IMG/VR virus record: IMGVR_UViG_2917587430_000001 | Location: 1 to 25,227 of that record | Strand: one strand, 5' to 3' | Source: a virus | DNA: 25,227 bases | Part shown: one piece after another, positions 6,521-16,274 of the stretch | How the letters are laid out: every line of letters begins with the position of its first letter | Position numbering within the stretch: position 1 is the first letter of the stretch | Program-made: the position numbers and the translations under genes | Notes under the pieces: model-generated | Told to the model about the DNA's origin: nothing | The model's database searches: none | The model's input: the letters and a program-made list of their open reading frames with translations, nothing else

Positions 6521-9500
6521 GTGAATTGGTGCTGGAGTTGGGCTTAGACCCAACTGCCTATAACGAAGGCATGGAGAACGCGCATAAGGACGCGATCGCC
6601 ATTGGTCAGGAGATCGAAGCTAGCCTGCGAGTTTCCCTGCCAACTCTCACGCCCAAAGTTGATGACTCAGCACTGACTAGGCTCAATAAACATTTTGACC
6701 TTAAAGAAAGTCACGCCAAACGGCTCAATCGATTCTTTTCTCAGAACCCACTCAAAATCAAAGTTGATTTCTCACAACTGAACCAACTTGAGCGCAAATT
6801 AGACAAGCTTGAGCGGCGAAGAACTACTGCCTCAATTCGCACCCAAACTAGTGGCAACACCGGCAGTTCGGGGGGTGACTCTAACTCTCAACTTGCTGAG
6901 ATGATTGGCAAGGCAGTTGCACGAAACCTTAGACCAGGTTTAGCAGGACGAGCAGCGGGGTTAGTGGGGAATGTCTTAGCAACTCCCGGTAGGGTCGCTG
7001 GCAGAACACTGGCTGGGGTAGCTGAAGGGTTAATGTTCGGTGTGACACAGGAGGTCAGCCGCAACTTAGGCAAAGGGTTATCCAAAGCAATTGAGAACAG
7101 CCTTTCTGGTTCTGTAGGCAGTTCAGAGTTGCTAGGGGAGAAAGTTGGAGGCGCGATCGCTCAATCAATGGGGCGGTCGATGTCCGAGAAGTTTAAAGAC
7201 CTACCCGATACGCTCAACAAGTTTGTAGATGAACTAGAAATTGACTCCAAGCTAAGGCGCAAATTCAAACAAGCCATTGGAGAAATCGAAGAGTTCCAGA
7301 AGCAGACTGCGGAACTACTGACGGAGACATTAGGCGGACAGCCAGCAATTCAACAGGAGGCACTGTACCAACGGGGAACCCAATCTCGCGATCGCCGGCG
7401 CAGAGTTCCTGCCACCCAGGAACAAGCTGCTGAAGAGTGGCGTGAGGCATTAAGAAGCAGAGATCGAGTACAGGCTTCAGCATTTAAGAGAACATTCAAA
7501 AACAGTCAACAATTTAAGCAACTCAAGGACGAATACGGTAGTACCCAGGAACAGTTTTCAGGACTAGAGAGCCAAGTTCAACAAGCTGAACAAGCCGGTG
7601 CTCCAGCCGAAGAAATCGAAGGGCTGACAACTCAGCTTAGACAAACTGGAGCTAAGCTGCGAGGTTTAGCTCAGGCGATGCAGAACATCGTTAAATATCA
7701 GGAAACCGTTGATAAAGCTGTAGTTGAAGCACAGCAGCGAGTCAAATCAGGCTATCAGCAGGTACAAGCTTTAGCTCCCAAACCTCAGCCTAAGACCTAT
7801 ATGGATTTGGTTCGTCAGGTTACGGGCAAAGAGTTATCCCCTGAAAAGATTCCTCAATTGAGGATTGCAGACGCTTCGCTTAAAAAATCTGGAGCGCTCA
7901 GCCAATACGACCCTGCCCGCAATGCAATTGAAGTAACTCGCAAAACTTACGAGGCAATTGAGAATAACACCCTAACTCCTCAACAAGTTGAGATGTTGAA
8001 AGAGGAGCTAGAACATGCTGTAGATTTCGACTTTGGCTCTTTTAAAGGACTGCAAGCTGCCAAACAAAGTCGAATTATCGGCAAGCCCGTAGTCCCTACT
8101 GCTGAGGAGTTTTCAGCAATCGCCCCTGGACTAGCTCCCTATGCCCCAGAGCGGAGGGCATTGGAGCTAAATGCCAAAATCAAGGCTCGAAGGGGTATGA
8201 CTGCCTATGAGCAAGAGTCTAGGCAGTCAATGTTGATTAACAATGTTCCGACTCTGGCTTCTAACAAAGAGGCGATCGCTAACCAGAGAACGCAGTTGCA
8301 GGCGAAATTGCAACAGATTGGAAAAATTAGTGCTCTAACAGGAAACGACCTGTCCAAAGCACTTGCGTCTTACAACGGTTTCTTCGATTCACTTCAGCAG
8401 AAAATAGAACAAGCTGTTGAAGAAATGCTGTCAGATATTGATGGCTTAGATCAGTCTAAAGTTAACTCTATCGTCCAGAAGATAAAAGGCTATTGGGAAA
8501 CTGTAGAAGGATTGAATCAGAAGGTCAATCAACTACTTCAGAAACAAATTGATGATGTTTCTGTTACCTCTAACTATGACGTTTGGACGGGCAAATTAGA
8601 GCGTTCCAAAAATTCAGGCTTATCCAACCAACCTCTAGGAACGGTTGATGATGAGTTCCTTAATCCAAATTTCGATCCGTTTGCAATAGATCGCCCCCCT
8701 ATTGCAATTCCCCTTCAACTATCTATGCCAGAGGCAGAACTTGTACCCGTACAGATTCAGCCTAAGCAAACTCAGGTTACAGCTAGTCAAACTCAGGGCA
8801 GGGGATTTGCTAAGCCAACTCAAAGAGCAGTTGATGCCACAAATCAAGCTGTCAAGCAAGTTACTCAAAATGCTACCCAGACTGCCCAAGCTGCGATCGC
8901 CGAAGCACAGAAGTTAGAGAACGCTTTTTCTGGCTTGTACAAGGGGTTGCAGGATGCGATTAAGAAGGGAGATGACCGGCTTGTAAGAGCCTACAGTAGC
9001 GAACTTAAAGATATGGCAGAGGGTAGCCGCTCTGCCATCAATACGTTAATTGAACAAGCAAAACAGTCAGGCGAAACATTTGGCTCAGACGTTTTAGCCA
9101 AGCTAGGAGGAGTGAAGGGACGGTTAACTCAACGCTTTAACCTAGCCCAGAAAGGTACATCAAAGTATCAGAAAAAGAGAGCTGCTGAAGGAGAGGATTT
9201 AACGGCTCAAGCGCTTGACCCAGAAGCTGTTAGAGCAACCAACAAAACACTGCAAACCTTTAAGCAGTCTATTCAAAAGTCAATTGGGACACTCAATCAA
9301 CTAACCGCTAACCTCGCAGGAGTTGAGGTACAAGAGAGCTTTGGAAAAACCCTTCAGAAAGCAGCGGTTTCAGAGCGTGGCAAAGACCTTTTGGTTAACA
9401 CAGGTGGATTTATAGCATCCAACCTTGCTAGCCAGCATGGACTGTTGCCGGAGCTGGGCGGCGATTTGATTGGAGCACTTGTTACCCGACAAGTCGTTGA

Positions 9501-12500
9501 AGCTGGCATTGCTGGCAAAGACGCATACAGCAAACTTCAGAATGACGAAACCTTCAAAGCGGCAGATGCTTTGAAGAAGTTCTCGATGATCCTCACTGAG
9601 GTCACCGCAAAACTCCAAAGTTCTGAGTTTGGGGAAGAGCAAAACGGGGCCTTATTTGGAGATATTGCAGGGTTCACTGTTGGCAATCTGATTAAAGAAC
9701 TGCCCAAGACCATTGCTCCAGGTCTGCCGGGAATGGATCTGCTGGGACAGATACCTGGCAGAGGAGCATTGGCAGCTTCACAAGCCGTTCCAATGCTCTC
9801 GAAGATGAGGGCGCAGATTACTCAGCAATTACAGTCCGGTCAATACAGTGGCGAAGAGTTGAAGGCTCAACGCCTAGATCTCAGCTACAAAAGGCTGAAA
9901 CCCAATAAGCAGATGAATGATGCCGAGAAGGTATTCCTCGAAAACATCATTGAGCTGTTGGATGACGCAATTGTCAAAGCAAGACAGTTTGATCTTGCCT
10001 TTGGCATGTTAGACGCGCCTTCAATGAGGAAATTTGAGGAAAGTCTTGAGGGAGTAAATGAGGCACTAGATTCAGACGGCACAAAGATTGTTGCCCAGGT
10101 TCAGAAAACCATTGCTGACTACGAAAGAACTGTTCAGGAGCTAGAAAAAAGCTACGCTGAGCGATTCCAAACCTCACAAGACGACCTTGATGAAACATTT
10201 CGCTATCGCGAGGCTTATGCTGGGTTACTTGGGGACGGGCAAGATCCGCAGGAGTTAGACCTGGCGATCGTTCCTCCCAAACCACCCAGTGGTGAAGGTC
10301 TCTTTGGGGCACTGAAAGGAGATCTTGATGACATTGTTGAACGGCTTGGGGGCTTGAAGAATGCCGCAGGAGTGGCGTTTAAAGCGATCGTTGGGTTTGC
10401 GGCAGCTAGTATTGTGCTGCCATTCCTGACAGATCTTGCCACTTCAGCCTTGGAGACAGCAACAGAAATGGAGCAGGTTGGGCGTATGTTCAACTTTGCC
10501 TACGGATCTATGGCGGAAGGACAGTCCGTCATGGCTGACGTAAAAGCTGATGCGGAAGCGCTTGGACTTGATATGAGGCAAGCACTGCAAGGTCAGGCAC
10601 AGCTAGGGGCAGCGACTCGCGGCACAAAGTTAGAGGGATTTGCGACCGAGCAAATTGGTGATGCCTCCAGAGACGCAATTTCGGCTTACAGTCTGAACCC
10701 GCAGCAGGCAGAACGGGTCAATCTGGCAATTCAGCAGATGTCGTCTAAGGGCAAAATTAGTGCTGAAGAATTGCGTCAGCAGTTAGGTGAATCGCTGCCC
10801 GGAGCGTTCCAGATTGCCGCTCGTGCGATGGGGGTGACGACTGCTGAGTTGGACAAGATGATGGAGCGGGGCGAACTGCTGTCGGAGGAGTTTCTACCCC
10901 GCTTTGCAGCACAGTTGTCAGCAGAGACGGCAGGTGCAATTCCAGGCGCAATGAAGTCATCTCAGGCTGCTATCAACCGTTTTAACAACGCGATTTTGGA
11001 ATTGCAGACGAGTTTGGGTAAGCCTCTACTTCCAGCTCGAAATGCTGGATTGGAGGTCTTGACTAAGGGGATGGAACTTGCCTCAAGTGCCTCTGGAGTG
11101 TTAGTCAAAGGGTTAGGCGCTCTAGTGATTACTCCAGTCGTCAAAATGCTGTTCGATGTCGCGGCTGGAGCGATCGCCTCTGCGAAAGGCATGACCCTTG
11201 CAGGATTGGGAGCTAAGACTCTCAATTTCAGCATGAAATCATTGGCTAACACTGCCAAGGCCGTGAAGGGAGCGTTAGGAGCGATCGCCCTTCCTGCCGC
11301 CATTTTCCTGGCGATTGATGTCATCAGCTCATTTGGCAAAGCCTTCAAAGATGCGGGTGGTGAGGTTCGAGAGTTTGCAGATCAGGGTGTGAAAAGTTTA
11401 GCTGAGTACGACAAAGCTTTAGCGGACTTGCAAAATCGTTCTGGCAGAGGTGTCACACCTCCTGAACCACCACAGCCGACTGGGGTGCAAACCGAGTTTG
11501 GCGATACAGGCGGATCACTACTTGGCGGTCCGTTGGGTACATTAGAGCGGTTTATACAATCTGATAACCCCGCTGCCATTGGTTTTAGAATGACTTCTGG
11601 CATGGGGGCAGCTCCTATGCGGACATTTGGTCAGGTTGAGGCAGAGCAACAGGCGATCGCCCAAAGTGACTTCCTACGCAACACTGGCGACACTCGCGGA
11701 CGACTTTTAGAGGAGTTGCAAAGGTATCAACTGAATCCCAACGGAGAGGGACTAATCGCTCAAGTAAGGGGCATTGACCAGCAGGTGGAAGAAGCCCAGG
11801 GGCAACGGCGAGCATTACTGCCGGGAGATGTGGAAGGACGCAGAGCACTTGATAAAGAGATTGATGACCTACTTCAACAGCGACAGAAGCCTGGGGAAGT
11901 ATTAGCCAGCCTCCAGACCATCAACAACGCCAAAATTCAGCAGCTTCAGCAGATGATCAATCAGGCTGCCGCTGAGGGCGATACGGCAGCAGTCGCCCGA
12001 TTCCAAAGCGAGTTAGACGCTACTACTGCGGCGGTAGACAAACTCAACGGTTTGATTGGCAAAACTCCTGATGTGCTGGGGCGCTTGGCACGGGGGTTTG
12101 CTGAAATTCAGGCTGAGCTTGAGAAGGTCAACATGGAGTTAGACCGCAGCGCTGCCTCCAATCGGAAGGCGATCGCCTCTGCCCAAATTGCGGGTGCAAC
12201 GCCGGGAGAGCTGGAGTTTGCTCGGTCGTTGGCAGATCAGACCAACATGCGCGGTCGCATGAACGCCAACCAGTCTGCTATTGACCAGGCTCGAAATACG
12301 CTGACATCCAGCGACAAAACAATGGAGGCATTGAAGTCTGTTGGCATCAACTCTATCGACGAAATCAACCCTACTGCCCTGTCTGGTCAAATCCAGAATA
12401 TGGAAGATTCAACCACCAAGGGATTGATTGAGCAGGCGATCCAACAGAAGCAACAGATCGACAGCCTCACCACCCAAAACTTTGATTTGGATGCCCAGAT

Positions 12501-14466
12501 TAAAGAGTCTCAAGCTGCCGCTGTTGAAAAGCTGAGAAGCTTGGCAAATCAGGTTTTTGACTTCTTCCGCTCAATCGAGCAAAGCGCCAAAGAGATTCAG
12601 CTCAACGCCCAGCAGACCGCTCTACAAATCAAAACTGAGACGGCTCAAAGCAGGTTGAAAGGTGCGCTGGTCGGCTTCCAGGACTCGTTCCTCAACGATT
12701 TTGTGAACTCGCTAATTGGATTGATTGAGGCATTGAACAAGCCTCTCAATGATGCGATCGCCGCTCAACAGCAGATTCTTTCAGCTCAAAACCAATACTT
12801 CCAACAGATTCAGCAGTCGTTCCAACTGGGTCAGCAGTTACCCAGCAATCAGCAGGTGGCAGCAATGGCGGGTGAGCAGGCTGCACCGTCTGACCCGTTC
12901 ACGCCACTGCCAGCGGGCCTACCCGTTGCGCCGGCTGCACCTGGTAACCAAGCGGCGATCGCCCCTGCATCCCAACGTCCAGAGGCATCGTTGCCAGCTA
13001 TCCCAGTCGGGTCTACCCAAATGACCGCTCCAGAGATTCAGGGGAATCTTGGAGCACTCGCACAGCTCGACCCAGTATCAGCACAAGCGTTTAGCCAACA
13101 GGGATTAGCAGGGGCACAGGCACAGGCAGCGCAGAACTACCAGGCTCAGGTAGACATGATTAACCAGCAGCTTGCAGCCTCACAGCAGTTTGCTCAGCTT
13201 GAGGCAGTGATGCAGGCAGACGCAGCGAATCGCTCACTCTGGGAGGCGACACGGCGAATTGATGATACCTCAAGAGGGTATCAGCGGAGTCTGGAAGACT
13301 TGTTTGCACGGGGAGAGGTGGAAACACCACTGACCCAAATCCAGGGGACTTTCCGAGGCATGGCGCGGGAGTTTGAAGACTCTATGCGTGGCATGGAGGA
13401 TTTCCGGCGTGGTTTGCAGCAGACCGTAGACCAGGCTGAGATGTTGCAACAGGTGATTCGGGATGGTGTGGCTCAGGGCATCATGCCGCGTGAAATGCTG
13501 CAAATGCTGCCACAACTCCAGCAGATGTCAGATGCCGCTAGGGACGACCTGAATGAGTTAGCTGGCACCATGACCGACTATGAGCAGGCTTATGGGGAAG
13601 CTGTGCGACGGCAGCAGAATGAGTTTAAGCGGCAGGAGGGAGAGCGGCGTTTTCAGGCACGGCAACGGCTCTCAGGCTATGACGTGCAGATGTATGGAGC
13701 ACAGGCACAGCAGGCACGGCTGGGAGGCAATGAGGGTGTTGCTCGCAGTCTGGAGTATCGGGCTAAATATCTGGAAACGCAAAACCAGTATGAGGGACAG
13801 TTCCGAGAGCTTCAGGAGTTGCAGCGCACGGGACAGATTACCGCCGATGAGTTTGAACGGATGGCTGAATCATTGCGAGGACTGAACCAGATCTCGCTGA
13901 GAAACTTGCGAACGGAGGTGGAGAAAACCAATAACGAAGTCGCCGCTAGCGCTCTGTTTGGGGGACAGGGGCAGGATATGAGCCGACGCGATCGCCGTCG
14001 AGTGCTGCGGGATGCAAGAGAGGATTTCAGACTGGCAGTCAGAAATGGGGAGCTCAACCAAAGTCAGCAAAGGGAGTTTCGTGAAGCATTTAGCGCAGTC
14101 AGCGGCAGAGACAATGCTTCGGACGATTCGCTGGTGAGGCTATCCAATCGCTTCCAGGACAATGCTTTCTTCAATGAACTGATGCAGATGACGGGACGGG
14201 GAGATATAACGGCGATCGCTGGCATCTCTGAGCAAACTGCTTCGACCAGGATGACTGAGACTGCCGACCAAGGTTCGTCAATGGTTCAGGCATTCCGGGA
14301 AGCAAACGGAGGTATTGAGCAGCGACTAGATACCCTCAATGGCAATATCGTGTTGCTGGCCAACTCGCCGCGATCGCTCACAGTGCAAACTCCAGACCCA
14401 GTGAATGACATGAGCCAGATCCTATCTGAGCAAAGCAGACAGAAGATGGAGGCAGCAGGATTGTGA
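6505..14466 (+). CDS. Tail tape measure protein, 2653 aa, multi-domain
   Basis: N-terminal ATSVGELVLELGLD motif. Tape-measure domain (AIQQMSSKGKISAEELRQQLGESLPGAFQIAARAMGVTTAELDKMMERG) at ~10460-11040. Hydrophobic Ala/Gly segments and long coiled coils. Confidence 0.92.
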   Translation: MATSVGELVLELGLDPTAYNEGMENAHKDAIAIGQEIEASLRVSLPTLTPKVDDSALTRLNKHFDLKESHAKRLNRFFSQNPLKIKVDFSQLNQLERKLDKLERRRTTASIRTQTSGNTGSSGGDSNSQLAEMIGKAVARNLRPGLAGRAAGLVGNVLATPGRVAGRTLAGVAEGLMFGVTQEVSRNLGKGLSKAIENSLSGSVGSSELLGEKVGGAIAQSMGRSMSEKFKDLPDTLNKFVDELEIDSKLRRKFKQAIGEIEEFQKQTAELLTETLGGQPAIQQEALYQRGTQSRDRRRRVPATQEQAAEEWREALRSRDRVQASAFKRTFKNSQQFKQLKDEYGSTQEQFSGLESQVQQAEQAGAPAEEIEGLTTQLRQTGAKLRGLAQAMQNIVKYQETVDKAVVEAQQRVKSGYQQVQALAPKPQPKTYMDLVRQVTGKELSPEKIPQLRIADASLKKSGALSQYDPARNAIEVTRKTYEAIENNTLTPQQVEMLKEELEHAVDFDFGSFKGLQAAKQSRIIGKPVVPTAEEFSAIAPGLAPYAPERRALELNAKIKARRGMTAYEQESRQSMLINNVPTLASNKEAIANQRTQLQAKLQQIGKISALTGNDLSKALASYNGFFDSLQQKIEQAVEEMLSDIDGLDQSKVNSIVQKIKGYWETVEGLNQKVNQLLQKQIDDVSVTSNYDVWTGKLERSKNSGLSNQPLGTVDDEFLNPNFDPFAIDRPPIAIPLQLSMPEAELVPVQIQPKQTQVTASQTQGRGFAKPTQRAVDATNQAVKQVTQNATQTAQAAIAEAQKLENAFSGLYKGLQDAIKKGDDRLVRAYSSELKDMAEGSRSAINTLIEQAKQSGETFGSDVLAKLGGVKGRLTQRFNLAQKGTSKYQKKRAAEGEDLTAQALDPEAVRATNKTLQTFKQSIQKSIGTLNQLTANLAGVEVQESFGKTLQKAAVSERGKDLLVNTGGFIASNLASQHGLLPELGGDLIGALVTRQVVEAGIAGKDAYSKLQNDETFKAADALKKFSMILTEVTAKLQSSEFGEEQNGALFGDIAGFTVGNLIKELPKTIAPGLPGMDLLGQIPGRGALAASQAVPMLSKMRAQITQQLQSGQYSGEELKAQRLDLSYKRLKPNKQMNDAEKVFLENIIELLDDAIVKARQFDLAFGMLDAPSMRKFEESLEGVNEALDSDGTKIVAQVQKTIADYERTVQELEKSYAERFQTSQDDLDETFRYREAYAGLLGDGQDPQELDLAIVPPKPPSGEGLFGALKGDLDDIVERLGGLKNAAGVAFKAIVGFAAASIVLPFLTDLATSALETATEMEQVGRMFNFAYGSMAEGQSVMADVKADAEALGLDMRQALQGQAQLGAATRGTKLEGFATEQIGDASRDAISAYSLNPQQAERVNLAIQQMSSKGKISAEELRQQLGESLPGAFQIAARAMGVTTAELDKMMERGELLSEEFLPRFAAQLSAETAGAIPGAMKSSQAAINRFNNAILELQTSLGKPLLPARNAGLEVLTKGMELASSASGVLVKGLGALVITPVVKMLFDVAAGAIASAKGMTLAGLGAKTLNFSMKSLANTAKAVKGALGAIALPAAIFLAIDVISSFGKAFKDAGGEVREFADQGVKSLAEYDKALADLQNRSGRGVTPPEPPQPTGVQTEFGDTGGSLLGGPLGTLERFIQSDNPAAIGFRMTSGMGAAPMRTFGQVEAEQQAIAQSDFLRNTGDTRGRLLEELQRYQLNPNGEGLIAQVRGIDQQVEEAQGQRRALLPGDVEGRRALDKEIDDLLQQRQKPGEVLASLQTINNAKIQQLQQMINQAAAEGDTAAVARFQSELDATTAAVDKLNGLIGKTPDVLGRLARGFAEIQAELEKVNMELDRSAASNRKAIASAQIAGATPGELEFARSLADQTNMRGRMNANQSAIDQARNTLTSSDKTMEALKSVGINSIDEINPTALSGQIQNMEDSTTKGLIEQAIQQKQQIDSLTTQNFDLDAQIKESQAAAVEKLRSLANQVFDFFRSIEQSAKEIQLNAQQTALQIKTETAQSRLKGALVGFQDSFLNDFVNSLIGLIEALNKPLNDAIAAQQQILSAQNQYFQQIQQSFQLGQQLPSNQQVAAMAGEQAAPSDPFTPLPAGLPVAPAAPGNQAAIAPASQRPEASLPAIPVGSTQMTAPEIQGNLGALAQLDPVSAQAFSQQGLAGAQAQAAQNYQAQVDMINQQLAASQQFAQLEAVMQADAANRSLWEATRRIDDTSRGYQRSLEDLFARGEVETPLTQIQGTFRGMAREFEDSMRGMEDFRRGLQQTVDQAEMLQQVIRDGVAQGIMPREMLQMLPQLQQMSDAARDDLNELAGTMTDYEQAYGEAVRRQQNEFKRQEGERRFQARQRLSGYDVQMYGAQAQQARLGGNEGVARSLEYRAKYLETQNQYEGQFRELQELQRTGQITADEFERMAESLRGLNQISLRNLRTEVEKTNNEVAASALFGGQGQDMSRRDRRRVLRDAREDFRLAVRNGELNQSQQREFREAFSAVSGRDNASDDSLVRLSNRFQDNAFFNELMQMTGRGDITAIAGISEQTASTRMTETADQGSSMVQAFREANGGIEQRLDTLNGNIVLLANSPRSLTVQTPDPVNDMSQILSEQSRQKMEAAGL

Positions 14467-14538
14467 GAAGTTCCTTCTGAGAAACTTACTTCAGCAACTT
14501 TCCTTGATGAAGAGCAAGAACCACAAGTTAAACATCTT

Positions 14539-14627
14539 CTAGAACAGTTGCGTTGGGCGGTTGCTAGTAACTATTGAACTAAACCTTGATCTTTCTTAAA
14601 TCTGCTCCAACACGGTTGTTAGCTGGC
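14539..14627 (-). repeat. Integron attC-like recombination site
   Basis: Minus strand, 12 bp after the ATPase stop: GCCAGCTAAC-aaccgt-GTTGGAGCAG...CCGCCCAAC-gcaact-GTTCTAG, giving R''/L''/L'/R' architecture with an unpaired base in L''. Confidence 0.7.
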
Positions 14628-14639
14628 TTCCTTAGTATG

Positions 14640-15896
14640 TTACCAATTAGCCCACCGGAGATAATAGATGAAATATGGATCTGGAACGTTAAGAAACTCT
14701 TTCTCATCGTCCCATTCTAAAACTCTATCTTCACCAAGTTTCTCTTCAACAGCTTTGCCCATCTGTTGAAGAGCTTGTACTATACCAACACCACGAGGCG
14801 GATCGTTTGGAACTAAACTTTCAATACGATCTTTAATAGTTGCATAAGAGAGCGTCAAAACTGGATCTTCACATGCAAGGGCTTTTAGTATGACATAGTA
14901 AACGTCACCAGATTTTCCATCATTCAGGTAATGAATTTTTCGTTCAGTTCCGCGCGGTTTTGGTCCTGTGACGATAATGTCAAATGCAGTTTTGCAATTT
15001 GCTAGTGAGGTTGTGTTGCGAAGAAGTACTCCTACTTGTTCCTGATTCAAATCAATAGGAGCAATGTTTGGCTGGGTTTCACTACACCCTATATCTCGAC
15101 AAAATTGTAAACATATAGCTTGCATCAGCTGTGGCGATGATACGCTTTCAGACACAAATCTATCAATAAGTGCTGGCTCAGGCTGAAGTTTGAGCAGGGG
15201 AAAACCTTTGTCGGCAATAACTCGTAACTCTGACTTCTCCCAATAGGGAATGTCTATGCAAGACACTCGCCCGCGCAAATCTGGGTTTGCCCGAATTGCA
15301 TCATCACTACGATGTGTTACTGATACAACTACAATTGCTGTACCAAGTCTCGCTGCTTCTTTGAACTGTTCTGCAAGTGATTGCTGTACAGCTTTATTAA
15401 TATAGTGAAAGTCGTCAACAACAAGCGTGTATCCATTCTGCCCTATGAATTCAAGTAATTCAGTGCCGTCAGGTCCATCATATTGACTAGTTTCGCCTTG
15501 AGATTGCCCTGTAGACAGGCTTCCATCGACTCCTCCTTTTGCATTGAATAGCATAGGTATTTGCAATCCAGCTTCGGATTTGCCCGTAAGTTGTGAAGCA
15601 CGAGTAGCTTGCGTAGAAATAGATTTGGATAAGGGTAGTTGTAGCTTTTTACGAACTTTTTGCCAAAAGATTGATTCTTCACTGATGCCGCCTCCAGTGA
15701 CAAGGAGCATTTTTTCCTTGCCTATTACACTTTCACAGAGGACAGTTTTACCGCTTTTGGATGGTCCAGAAACAGAGCAAATAAAACCTCGTGTTGCAAT
15801 AGCCTCTGAGAGGCGTTGTTCAAGCTTAAGCTGTTCTCGATCATTGTAAGTGTATTCCGGCAGAAAACCTGGAGTAAAAACGACGTTTGCTTGCAT
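14640..15896 (-). CDS. P-loop NTPase (AAA/STAND-like), ~418 aa, carried as an integron-type gene cassette
   Basis: Walker A GPSKSGKT, Walker B LVVDDFH. Start moved to ATG 15896 (MQANVVFTPG) because the longer ORF overlaps the integrase remnant. Confidence 0.85.
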   Translation of the reverse strand: MQANVVFTPGFLPEYTYNDREQLKLEQRLSEAIATRGFICSVSGPSKSGKTVLCESVIGKEKMLLVTGGGISEESIFWQKVRKKLQLPLSKSISTQATRASQLTGKSEAGLQIPMLFNAKGGVDGSLSTGQSQGETSQYDGPDGTELLEFIGQNGYTLVVDDFHYINKAVQQSLAEQFKEAARLGTAIVVVSVTHRSDDAIRANPDLRGRVSCIDIPYWEKSELRVIADKGFPLLKLQPEPALIDRFVSESVSSPQLMQAICLQFCRDIGCSETQPNIAPIDLNQEQVGVLLRNTTSLANCKTAFDIIVTGPKPRGTERKIHYLNDGKSGDVYYVILKALACEDPVLTLSYATIKDRIESLVPNDPPRGVGIVQALQQMGKAVEEKLGEDRVLEWDDEKEFLNVPDPYFIYYLRWANW

Positions 15897-15968
15897 GAGC
15901 TCTTGGACATCACAGATATGCTTCAACACTATGCTAAGAGCTGAGTATGTTTTATGCCAGCTAACTAT

Positions 15969-16088
15969 CTTAAGCATTTCAGCTTGAAGACTAAGGAATC
16001 TTACGTTAACTACATTCGGAATTTCATCCTGTTTCATCACAAGCGGCACCTTAAAGAAATGAGGACAGATGAAATTCAAGCCTACTTG
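15969..16088 (+). pseudogene. intI: Integron integrase N-terminal (SAM-like) fragment
   Basis: LKHFSLKTKESYVNYIRNFILFHHKRHLKEMRTDEIQAYL matches the IntI N-terminal pattern (LKHYS.RTE..YV.WI.RFILFH.KRHP.EMG..EI.AFL). Truncated at both ends, no catalytic domain. Confidence 0.8.
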
Positions 16089-16247
16089 GGACTAGCTAGA
16101 AGGTTTGAGTATTTTCGAGGTTTAACATCAAGTTCATCTCATTAGGCAGTTGCTTCAACACAGCAGCAGACGTAAATTGCGTCAAACCCAGCAGGAGGCG
16201 ATCGCCTGACTTAAAGTTTGCTCAGGACGAGGTTAGAACAGTATATT

Positions 16248-16263
16248 TAGTACAAACGTCCTA
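16248..16263. promoter_or_regulatory. Cyanobacterial-type LexA box
   Basis: TAGTACAAACGTCCTA fits AGTAC-N4-GTNCT and lies 11 bp upstream of the lexA ATG. A weaker half-site TAGAAC is at 16234. Confidence 0.75.
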
Positions 16264-16274
16264 ACTAATCCGTT

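Noticed and set aside
6888-14070. Many short overlapping or antisense ORFs within the tape measure (and similar ones in other long genes)
   Set aside because: Shadow ORFs with no recognisable motifs or translation signals.
14467-14577. Frame reading ...QVKHLLEQLRWAV, faintly like the missing IntI N-terminus (KLLDQVR)
   Set aside because: Joining it to the 15969 fragment at the predicted crossover is out of frame, and the sequence is already explained by the attC. Probably coincidence.
15897-16079. N-terminal 61 aa of the 479-aa ATPase ORF
   Set aside because: Mostly antisense to the intI fragment and crosses the cassette boundary. The real start is likely 15896.
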